Assembly (NCBI GenBank): GCA_964388035.1
Contig: CAYLZE010000056.1
Span: 1-31,696 of the forward strand
DNA length: 31,696 bases
Source: an uncultured archaeon
GTDB taxonomy: Archaea; Asgardarchaeota; Lokiarchaeia; Sigyniarchaeales; SOKP01
Direction of reading: 5' to 3'
The notes beneath the pieces were generated by a model that had not been told where the DNA came from, did no database searches, and saw only the letters and a list, made by a program, of their open reading frames with translations. Below are positions 18,082-26,481 of this stretch, one piece after another (position 1 is the first letter of the stretch; every line of letters starts with the position of its first letter). Both the position numbers and the translations under genes were made by a program.

Positions 18082-19449
18082 ATGGAAAAAGATAAAGATA
18101 CGAAAAATTCTGCAATCCTTTCTATAACTTTGTTTGTAGTTATAGTATCTTTGATATCTTCTACCCAAAATCTCATATCTCCCAATCTTGAACGAATGTC
18201 CTATTATTTTGGTTTTGCGGGACAAACAAGTCAATTAGGCGTGCTAACCTTTTCATTTACTATTATTGCGGGCGTTGCTCTTGCTATTTTTGGTTATTTA
18301 GCAGATAAAGTGGTTAGGAAATGGCTTTTGGTCTTTGGAACGTTTCTATATTCCATTTTTGCCATCTTGGTTATTTTTGTCACCCCCCAGTATATGGGAT
18401 ACATTTTGTTCTTCATATTAACGAGTTGCATCGGGATAGGATATGGGGCAATCATCCCCTCGATTTTTTCTTTAATTGGAGACCTTGTCTCCCATGAAGA
18501 TCGTTCCAAAGGATATTCCTTCTTCTCTATCGCTTCACTCTTAGGCATGGCAATTGGTTTAATCGTGGCAACGGTCATGGGCCCCATTGATTGGAGATTA
18601 TCTTATTTAGTAATCGGGATAGCAGGATTAGTGAATGCGGGTATCATCCTGTTTTTTAAAGAACCCTCTCGTCTTGGAAAAGATTTTTCCTATCTTCTAC
18701 AAGAAGGGGGCGTGGAATATACGTATCGGATAAAACTCTCCGATCTTAAAATAATTTTCAAGAAGAAGGCAAATGTTTGGCTGGTTATAAATTTCGTAGA
18801 CACGATTCCCACGGGTATCATTACCTTCCTCCTTTTCTATTACATGTCGGAATATCATAATGCTCCCGAAGGAGTCTCATTGATTTTCTTATTTCTTGTT
18901 CTAATCAGCACGCTAATTGGAACTATAATCTTCGGTTTTGTAGGCGATAATTGGTATAAAAAAGGAAAAAAAAGAGCCAGAGTGCTCTTAGCATTAATAG
19001 GGAATATTGTCCCCATTCCTTTTGTCTTTATTGCTCTAATCATTCCTTTTAAACTTCCGGATAATGCGGGGATTATTGATTTCTTCCTCATTCCAGGAGC
19101 CTTAATCATGATGTTATTCTTCATAATAGGCTTATTTATCAATGGTGCTGTGAATGGGAGTTGGTATGCCACGGTTGTGGACCTAAATCTTCCCGAGCAT
19201 CGCGGAACGGTGCTAGCAGCGGCCAATTTTTTTGATATTATCGGACGAGCATTGGGGCCTTTAATAGGATCGATCATTGCAGATGCTTTTGGACTAGTGT
19301 ATGGCATGATGAGCTCGATAGTATTTTTTATCCTGATACCCTTTTTCTGGCTTCCCGTGTTGAGAAATGTCATACCAGAAATGGAACAAACGGAAAAAAT
19401 CTTCAACGAGAGAGTGAGAGAATTATCCGATATGAAAAATAATAGTTAA
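18082..19449 (+). CDS. MFS transporter
   Basis: About 12 TM segments; motif A GYLADKVVRK and its second-half equivalent GFVGDNW; PEHRGT loop. Confidence 0.9.
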   Translation: MEKDKDTKNSAILSITLFVVIVSLISSTQNLISPNLERMSYYFGFAGQTSQLGVLTFSFTIIAGVALAIFGYLADKVVRKWLLVFGTFLYSIFAILVIFVTPQYMGYILFFILTSCIGIGYGAIIPSIFSLIGDLVSHEDRSKGYSFFSIASLLGMAIGLIVATVMGPIDWRLSYLVIGIAGLVNAGIILFFKEPSRLGKDFSYLLQEGGVEYTYRIKLSDLKIIFKKKANVWLVINFVDTIPTGIITFLLFYYMSEYHNAPEGVSLIFLFLVLISTLIGTIIFGFVGDNWYKKGKKRARVLLALIGNIVPIPFVFIALIIPFKLPDNAGIIDFFLIPGALIMMLFFIIGLFINGAVNGSWYATVVDLNLPEHRGTVLAAANFFDIIGRALGPLIGSIIADAFGLVYGMMSSIVFFILIPFFWLPVLRNVIPEMEQTEKIFNERVRELSDMKNNS

Positions 19450-19693
19450 AAAAAATGTTTAATTACTTTATTTTTATTAAAGTTAATTAAATTATAATTT
19501 AATTTATTCCAAATAACGTTCAATTGTGAAAACGTGAAAGTCTTATTCATGAGTATAAATAATCATCGAACCATGTTCAAGAATCCCCTTATTTATAGCG
19601 TATAAAATTTAGAAGACTATATATTTCTTTATCAATAATTCATAATTATTATCGGATATAAAATTATTATAAAGCATAAATAGATGATAAACC

Positions 19694-20869
19694 ATGGAAA
19701 AAACTTCAAAAAGTAAGATCGATCCGACGGGAAGGGATATGATAGACTTCATAAAAAAGGTTTGTAATAATATAGGGCCCCGAATTGGAGGTTCTGAACA
19801 AGAAAAGGAAGCGGGAAACTTAATACATGAAGAAATGTCTAAATTTTGCGATGAGGTGGAAAAACAGGAATTTGAGTGTCATCCTGGGGGATTTTTAGAT
19901 TATATCTGGTTTACCGCACTTTTTTACGTCTTAGGCGTTATTAGTTATTTCTTCATGCCACTTCTTACTGTTATCTTTATATTAGTCGGAATTCTTCTCT
20001 ATTTTGCTCAGCAATGTCTAACTTTAGAAATTATTGATTTTGTCTTTCCTAAAATAGACTCTTTTCATGTTATTGGTAAAATAAAACCGAAGAATGAGGC
20101 TGAAAACCTGGTTTTATTAGGCGGTCATCATGATTCCGCCTATGAGTTTCCGCTTCTTAGTAAATTAGGAGGAAAATCGACTTATCTAATCATGTTAGCC
20201 TTATTGATAACGATCTTGAACATAATAATGGCTGCGATAAAAATTTTCATAGCTATTCCGTTGTTAGATCTCATTCAAATAATCTTATTCATAATTGGAA
20301 CACCATTAATTTTGATTATTGCTAAATTTTTACGATCAAATGTGGTAGTAATGGGTGCTAATGACAATCTAACCGCAGTTGCCGCATTATTAGAAATTGG
20401 GAAATATTTCTCTAAAAGTGAAAACAGACCTAAAAAGACTGATGAAGAGCACATGAGAGGGTCAAAACGCTTTGTTTCTACGAATAAGAAGGAGCTTAAA
20501 GACCGTGGTGCAATGTTATTCAACATGGAATGCTTGAGCGGAGATTCTTTTCTTTTAGGAACCGCAGAAACTCTATTTTTTGCAAAACATTCCCAAAAAG
20601 TAGTTAATATTGGTAAAAAAGCTGCGGAAGATTTAGGAATTGAAATAGAAGTGGGACCACTCACATTTGCGGGCAGTGATTCTGCTAATTTCTCTCGAAA
20701 AGGATTGGATGCAACAACCTTATTCGGAATCGCTAAAAAGGGGACACCTAATGATTGGCATACCAAGCGGGATGTTCCTGAAAGATTAGATGGAGGAAAA
20801 ATAGCTAAGGGAGCGGGAATTGCTTTACGTTTCGTTGAGTTGGTTGATGAGAGTGAAACTAAGAATTAA
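19694..20869 (+). CDS. M28-family peptidase with TM insertions, apparently missing ~8 residues before the EE motif
   Basis: GHHDSA, GANDNLTAV, EE, GSDSANF and WHT..D motifs. Reads PKKTDEE where the paralog reads PKNMEIRLISFGCEE. Confidence 0.82.
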   Translation: MEKTSKSKIDPTGRDMIDFIKKVCNNIGPRIGGSEQEKEAGNLIHEEMSKFCDEVEKQEFECHPGGFLDYIWFTALFYVLGVISYFFMPLLTVIFILVGILLYFAQQCLTLEIIDFVFPKIDSFHVIGKIKPKNEAENLVLLGGHHDSAYEFPLLSKLGGKSTYLIMLALLITILNIIMAAIKIFIAIPLLDLIQIILFIIGTPLILIIAKFLRSNVVVMGANDNLTAVAALLEIGKYFSKSENRPKKTDEEHMRGSKRFVSTNKKELKDRGAMLFNMECLSGDSFLLGTAETLFFAKHSQKVVNIGKKAAEDLGIEIEVGPLTFAGSDSANFSRKGLDATTLFGIAKKGTPNDWHTKRDVPERLDGGKIAKGAGIALRFVELVDESETKN

Positions 20870-21133
20870 TTTCTAGCTTAAAATTTAAGTTTTAATCTTT
20901 TTTATTATATCAATTTTGACATGCTATTCAGATAAAATACTTCCTATATTCATGCTTTCAAATCTTCATGGTATGAGTTCATTAAAAATAAAATTATAAT
21001 GAGAAATGAACACCTTATTATTTTTCCCTTAATAAAATAATTTTAAGAGTTGTCTAAATTGAAGAAATAATAAACACCTCAACATGTCCGAGTGAAATTT
21101 TAAAATTGGTAATAATTTAATAAAGGTCATGCC

Positions 21134-22063
21134 GTGAGTGAAAATAAAAAAATTTCGCAGAAAAAGATATTCAGATACATGAAAACAGATAAAGATTTTT
21201 TTAAAAATCTTAATCGAATTAAGAATAAAAAACAAAAAAAGATCGTGGATGTTCCAAGACCCTTCGTAAAATGGGCGGGAGGAAAGAGGCAGATTATCAA
21301 TCGCATGGATAGATTTTTTCCAGAAGAATTTGATACTTATATTGAACCTTTTTTAGGGGGAGGAGCAATATTTTTTTATTTACTGCCGTCAAAAGCAATT
21401 TTAATTGATATCAATCCCGAATTGATCAATACCTATCAAGTAATACAAGAAGATGTTGTAAAACTAAGTGAATCTCTCAAAAAGCATGAGAATGAGAAAG
21501 AATATTATTATAAACTTCGTAATATAGATAGAAATTTGGAGGAATTCAATAAATGGTCCAAAATTGAAAAAGCTTCAAGAACCATTTATTTAAATAGGTG
21601 TTGCTATAATGGCTTGTATCGTGTAAACAGTAAGGGGCAGTACAATGTTCCTTTTGGCAAGTACAAGAATCCAAATTTTTGCGACGAGAAAAATCTATGG
21701 GCAGTACATGAGGCATTAAAAAATGTTAAAATTATTCAAGGGGGGTTTGAGAGAGTCTTAGAGTTTGCCGAGAAAGGAGATTTTATATATTTTGACCCGC
21801 CCTATCATCCGCTTTCGGAGACATCTAATTTTACCAGTTATACAAAATTTGATTTCGGAAAGGAATCGCAAATAAGACTTTTTGAAGTATTTAAGGAACT
21901 GGATAAGAAAGGATGCAAGCTATTGTTAAGCAATTCCTATAATGAATTCATTATCAAGTTATATAAAGATTATAAAATTGTTACCATCAATGCAAAGCGA
22001 GCCATCAATAGTGATGCATCCAAACGTGGGAAGATAAAAGAAGTTTTAGTAATGAATTCTTGA
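21134..22063 (+). CDS. dam: Dam-family (D12 class) N6-adenine DNA methyltransferase
   Basis: KWAGGK, YIEPFLGGG, IYLNRCCYNGLYRVNSKGQYNVPFG, DPPY catalytic motif, LSNS. GATC specificity is inferred from the family. Confidence 0.93.
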   Translation: MSENKKISQKKIFRYMKTDKDFFKNLNRIKNKKQKKIVDVPRPFVKWAGGKRQIINRMDRFFPEEFDTYIEPFLGGGAIFFYLLPSKAILIDINPELINTYQVIQEDVVKLSESLKKHENEKEYYYKLRNIDRNLEEFNKWSKIEKASRTIYLNRCCYNGLYRVNSKGQYNVPFGKYKNPNFCDEKNLWAVHEALKNVKIIQGGFERVLEFAEKGDFIYFDPPYHPLSETSNFTSYTKFDFGKESQIRLFEVFKELDKKGCKLLLSNSYNEFIIKLYKDYKIVTINAKRAINSDASKRGKIKEVLVMNS

Positions 22064-22752
22064 AAGAACATGTAAGAATGGTTAAAATGTCAGTGGCACA
22101 GAAAAAAAAATTATTTGTCAAGCTCCTCTTGGACTGGTTTAAAGAAAATAAACGCAACTTTTATTGGAGAGTTCATGAATTGACCCCTTTTCAGATGTTA
22201 ATAGCAGAGATGATGCTTCAAAAAACAAATGCTAATCAAGTAGAAAAATTACTTCCAGACTTCATAAAAAAATATCCTGATCCACAAAGTATTTGTAAAT
22301 TAGATTTATTAGAGTTAGCTGAGATATTACAACCTTTAGGATTATTTAATCGCCGAGCGAGAGATTTAAGAAAAACAGCCCAATATCTTTTAGAGCATGA
22401 TAAAATCATTCCCACCACAAAAAAGGAATTAAAAAGTTTACCGGGGGTAGGAGATTATATTGCTAATGCGCTTCTATGCTTTGCGTTTAATAAGCCGGTT
22501 CCGATCATAGACGCCAATGTTGGGCGCGTTATTAAGAGGGTATTTTCATTCCCAGTTAAGAGTGCCCCTTCTCGGGATAAGAAGCTTGAAGAATTCATGC
22601 AAGGTTTATTGCCAAAAGAAAATTATAAAGAATTTAATTTAGCAATTTTGGATTTAGCTGCCTTAATCTGCACTCCGACATCTCCTGCTTGTGAAGACTG
22701 TCCTTTATTAAGCATAAGTGATTTCGGACAAAAAGCACGATCCTCCAAATAA
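22060..22752 (+). CDS. HhH-GPD DNA glycosylase, MutY/Mig (T:G mismatch)-like
   Basis: IAEMMLQKT, PLGL..RRA, HhH LPGVGDY, catalytic IDANV, C-terminal C-X6-C-X2-C-X5-S. TTG start overlaps the dam TGA. Confidence 0.88.
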   Translation: MKEHVRMVKMSVAQKKKLFVKLLLDWFKENKRNFYWRVHELTPFQMLIAEMMLQKTNANQVEKLLPDFIKKYPDPQSICKLDLLELAEILQPLGLFNRRARDLRKTAQYLLEHDKIIPTTKKELKSLPGVGDYIANALLCFAFNKPVPIIDANVGRVIKRVFSFPVKSAPSRDKKLEEFMQGLLPKENYKEFNLAILDLAALICTPTSPACEDCPLLSISDFGQKARSSK

Positions 22753-22827
22753 AATATATAAGAAAAGGGAATTAATCGTTGGTCATAAAGCAAAGGATCG
22801 ATAATTAGAATAAAAAAAATCAAACGG

Positions 22828-24054
22828 ATGGTCATATTGTATAATATTATTGATTTATTTGCCGGATGTGGTGGATTTAGTGAAGGTTTTAAACTAGAAG
22901 GTTTTCAAGTCATAGCAGCCAATGAATTTTGGGAGCCAGCTATCGAGACTTATAAATATAATCATGGAAGTACAAGATTGATCGAAGGAGATATAACTTT
23001 AAAAGAAATTAAGCAACAAATATATGATTCTGTTAAAGATGAAAAAATTAATGTCATTATTGGTGGACCTCCCTGCCAAGCTTATTCCATTTCAGGAAAT
23101 AGAAATCCCGATGACCCAAGAGGCAAATTATATTTAGACTTTATTGAGATGGTGGACCATGTAAAGCCGGACTTCTTTATAATGGAAAATGTGAAGGGAT
23201 TAATTCACATGAAGCACCTCAATCCCCATCTTTCAAAAAAAGGATTAGCAGCATTTAAAGATCAGTGTTCTAAATTACAGAGATATAAAGATTTGAAAAG
23301 GTATAAGGCACAGAGAGAATTAAATGAAGAGGAAGAAAAAGATTATTCTACAATAGAAAAAGAGATAAAGTCGATTAAAAAAGAGATTAATAAAAATTTA
23401 ATCCCTCTCTTGGATATAATTTTAGAGAAAATGAGGGAGATTAATTATAAAGTTGAATGGAGAGTTCTTAATGCCGCCAATTATGGAGTTCCTCAGACGA
23501 GAGAACGAATAATCTTCATTGGCACGAAACACGAACAATATCCCATTAATTTTCCAAAAATGACTCATTTCAATGGAGATATCCAAACCACGATAAATGA
23601 ATTTTCAGAAGAAAGAGACGGGGGAAGTAAAAAAAAGGCTTGGAATACTGCGGGAGAAACCTTGAAAAAGTATGAAAAGTGGCCTGAAGTTCCAGAAAAA
23701 AATCACTTATTTACCAAACATTCCAAAACATTCATTCAAAAACTACACGATACCCCTATTGGAGAAACAGTGTATAAAAATTATAGTGATGCATGGCGGA
23801 GACTAGATCCCAAAAAACCCGCTAAAACCGTGAAAGAAAATCACGGCGGCGTTTTTGTGCATTTTGAACTAGATAGGGTTTGTACTCCCCGGGAACTAGC
23901 CGCTTTACAATCTTTCAGCGATTCTTTTATTTTTAGAGGCACTAAAAGTTCGATACTGAAACAGATAGGGAACGCGGTTCCTCCTTTATTAGCTAAAGCA
24001 ATAGGAAAACAAGTTAAATCCGATTTAGATCGAATTTATGGAAAAACACTATAA
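22828..24054 (+). CDS. DNA (cytosine-5) methyltransferase
   Basis: Motif I DLFAGCGG, IV GGPPCQ, VI ENV, VIII PQTRER, IX RELAALQSF, X QIGNAVPP. Confidence 0.95.
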   Translation: MVILYNIIDLFAGCGGFSEGFKLEGFQVIAANEFWEPAIETYKYNHGSTRLIEGDITLKEIKQQIYDSVKDEKINVIIGGPPCQAYSISGNRNPDDPRGKLYLDFIEMVDHVKPDFFIMENVKGLIHMKHLNPHLSKKGLAAFKDQCSKLQRYKDLKRYKAQRELNEEEEKDYSTIEKEIKSIKKEINKNLIPLLDIILEKMREINYKVEWRVLNAANYGVPQTRERIIFIGTKHEQYPINFPKMTHFNGDIQTTINEFSEERDGGSKKKAWNTAGETLKKYEKWPEVPEKNHLFTKHSKTFIQKLHDTPIGETVYKNYSDAWRRLDPKKPAKTVKENHGGVFVHFELDRVCTPRELAALQSFSDSFIFRGTKSSILKQIGNAVPPLLAKAIGKQVKSDLDRIYGKTL

Positions 24055-24304
24055 AAAGCTTAAATGTGATTCTTTTATAAATATTGAAGTGAAATTTAAT
24101 CGAGTACATTATTGCTTTTATTTCCTTTACCTGCATTGTAATGGGCTTGGACTCATTAATGACCCTTTAATGAATCAGTTTTGAAATTTTGTCTTTAAGT
24201 TCTGTAGAAAAGAATTCACTTCATCTTATAAGTATTAATCCCCAAGTTTAAAAATATATCATTTAGGTTTATATTTAGAACTATTTAAACAAGAGGGAAT
24301 TGAA

Positions 24305-24733
24305 ATTCCAACAAGAAAAGCAACAGCGGAATGGAAAGGTAGTTTTAAAGAAGGAGAAGGGACGTTGGAAACGGAATCTAAAGCCTTAAAGGCAAAATAT
24401 TCCTACACTTCGAGGTTCGAAGAAGGGAAAGGTACGAACCCTGAAGAATTAATCGCAGCAGCACACGCGGGATGTTTCACGCAAGCATTCACCTTGATAT
24501 TGGGACAAAAGGGCTATAAACCAGAGAAAATAGTTACAACGGGAGCAGTTTCCATTGACCCAGCTAATGGGGGTTTTTTAATTAGTAGCATACTATTAGT
24601 AATGGAAGCAAAAATACACAAAATAAAAGAAAAAGAATTCATGGAAATCGCAAATATGGCTAAAGAAAATTGCCCTGTCTCTAAAGCTCTCGCCAGTGTT
24701 CCCAAAATCGAACTTCAAGCTAAGTTATTATGA
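24305..24733 (+). CDS. osmC: OsmC peroxiredoxin; probable ATT start
   Basis: GTNPEELIAAAHAGCF and CPVSKAL motifs. The frame extends upstream of TTG 24365 as (M)PTRKATAEWKGSFKEGEG, the typical OsmC N-terminus, beginning at ATT 24305 after GAGGGA; this gives 142 aa. Confidence 0.9.
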   Translation: MPTRKATAEWKGSFKEGEGTLETESKALKAKYSYTSRFEEGKGTNPEELIAAAHAGCFTQAFTLILGQKGYKPEKIVTTGAVSIDPANGGFLISSILLVMEAKIHKIKEKEFMEIANMAKENCPVSKALASVPKIELQAKLL

Positions 24734-24746
24734 TTTTTTTTTCTTT
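24734..24746 (+). terminator. Putative archaeal oligo-T terminator after osmC
   Basis: T9-C-TTT immediately follows the TGA stop. Confidence 0.45.
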
Positions 24747-24892
24747 ACTCATTTTAAAATTAATTATGGAAATCAATTCTAGAATAAAACAAATTAATTT
24801 TTTTAGCAAAAATAGCTTTTATAAAATGAATTATTTTGAAATCTTAATATCATGATAAATATACCTTCCTTTCAAATAGAGAGATTTTTTAG

Positions 24893-25189
24893 ATGAACTT
24901 AAATAAAACTCGAATTCTCAGAATTTTAACAGATATAAAAGGAGAACTGAGTTCTAAATATAAAGTAAAGCAAGTAGGATTATTTGGTTCATATATTAAA
25001 AATGTTCAAGAAGAATCAAGCGATATAGATTTTCTAGTAGAATTCGAGGAGGATGCAGATTTATTTCATTATATTGGTCTTATCTTATTTCTCGAAGAAA
25101 AATTTAACCGAAGAGTTGATGTTATTTCTAAACCAGCATTAAAAGAAGATTTGAGAGATATTATTTTACACGAGGTTGTTTACGTTTAA
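24893..25189 (+). CDS. Minimal nucleotidyltransferase (MNT/MntA-type antitoxin family)
   Basis: 98 aa; GLFGSY...SDIDFLVEF and LEEKFNRRVDVI motifs. Confidence 0.88.
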   Translation: MNLNKTRILRILTDIKGELSSKYKVKQVGLFGSYIKNVQEESSDIDFLVEFEEDADLFHYIGLILFLEEKFNRRVDVISKPALKEDLRDIILHEVVYV

Positions 25190-25250
25190 AAATTATTTAT
25201 ATTTAAATTCAATTATTAGTTAAAACAAGTTAAAAAGAGGGAAAATTCAA

Positions 25251-26327
25251 TTGGTCAATGTTTATGGAGAAGAAATCAATAAAAGAGATTTCTTACGTAA
25301 GTTTGGACATTCAAATCAATTCGCATTTGCGACATCATTCACTTATAATGAGGGTAATGCCACGGGTGTTAAAGCAGTACATGTGTCAACTGGGTCTGGT
25401 TTAAGCTACACCGTATTGCCGGGAAGAGCGCTGGATATAGCAAACGCCACGTATAAGGGATTGGCATTGGCGTGGATTTCTAAGTCTGGAATTACAAGTC
25501 CACGATATTATGATGATGAAGGTTTCCATTGGCTTAGAACATTTTTCGGGGGATTATTAACAACTTGCGGACTTGATTACATGGGGGCACCTTGCGTGGA
25601 TTTAGGGGAAAAATTGGGACTTCATGGGAGAATTGGCAATTTAGAAGCTCACGATCTGAGTGTTTCTAATGATTGGGAAGGAAATGATCTGATTTTATCT
25701 ATTTCGGGTAAAGTAACTCAAGCGAGACTATTTGGTGAGAATTTACTCATGTCCCGAAAAATTATTTCAATAGCAGGTAAAAACATTATGCAGATTAAAA
25801 CCACCGTGGAGAATTTAGGTTTTAAACCAGAACCATTGATGATCTTATTTCACATGAATTTTGGCTATCCACTACTTTCTCGATATTCGAAACTTGTTGC
25901 TCCGATAAAGGGGATTATGGCTCGAGATGATGAAGCTAAGGCGGATAATGGGATTAAAAATTTCACCGTGTTTGAAGATCCCATGCCAAATTATAAGGAA
26001 AAGGTTTTTTTCCTCGATCTGGGCAATGATAAAAATCATGATACCCTTATATTGCTTTATAATGAAAAGCTTAACTTTGGGATTGTACAGCGTTTTAATA
26101 CTAAAGAACTCCCCAAATTCGCGGTTTGGAAACAACTCGGAGAAGGAGATTATGTTTTAGGATTAGAACCGGGCACTGCAACACCTATTGGCCGAGATAA
26201 AGTAAGGGAAAGCGGAGAATTGTTATTTATTAATCCGGGAGAAAAGAAAGAGTATGATATTAAAATTGAAGTTTTAGACGGTCTGGCAGCCATTACTGAT
26301 GCGAAAAAAGAAGTAGAATGCCTTTAA
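25251..26327 (+). CDS. Aldose 1-epimerase superfamily protein (DUF4432-like)
   Basis: PGRALDI, FGGLLTTCGL, GLHGRI, FHMNFGYP and YVLGLEP motifs; TTG start with GAGGG upstream. Confidence 0.82.
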   Translation: MVNVYGEEINKRDFLRKFGHSNQFAFATSFTYNEGNATGVKAVHVSTGSGLSYTVLPGRALDIANATYKGLALAWISKSGITSPRYYDDEGFHWLRTFFGGLLTTCGLDYMGAPCVDLGEKLGLHGRIGNLEAHDLSVSNDWEGNDLILSISGKVTQARLFGENLLMSRKIISIAGKNIMQIKTTVENLGFKPEPLMILFHMNFGYPLLSRYSKLVAPIKGIMARDDEAKADNGIKNFTVFEDPMPNYKEKVFFLDLGNDKNHDTLILLYNEKLNFGIVQRFNTKELPKFAVWKQLGEGDYVLGLEPGTATPIGRDKVRESGELLFINPGEKKEYDIKIEVLDGLAAITDAKKEVECL

Positions 26328-26481
26328 ACCTCTTACATACCCCCTTCCCGTCAAGAAAATCTCGAGTTACTTTTAATAATTTTGCGAAAGTTGAGAAAAT
26401 GGGACCCACTTTTATAATTGAAAGAATTTATAACTCATTGTAAGTTATCTACAAATATTAAATTTCAAATTGGTGTTGAAC

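Noticed and set aside
23200-23410. Intein in the C5-methyltransferase
   Set aside because: The insert is only about 60 aa and lacks the N-terminal C/S block and C-terminal HN-C/S/T splice motifs.
13839-24733. Possible selenocysteine (TGA) recoding in the redox genes trxA and osmC
   Set aside because: All catalytic positions are ordinary Cys codons and the TGA stops fall at the expected protein ends.
21134-25189. Prophage, integrated plasmid or complete restriction-modification island
   Set aside because: No integrase, transposase, att-like repeats or PD-(D/E)xK/HNH nuclease ORF is visible, and the intergenic gaps are too short to hide one.
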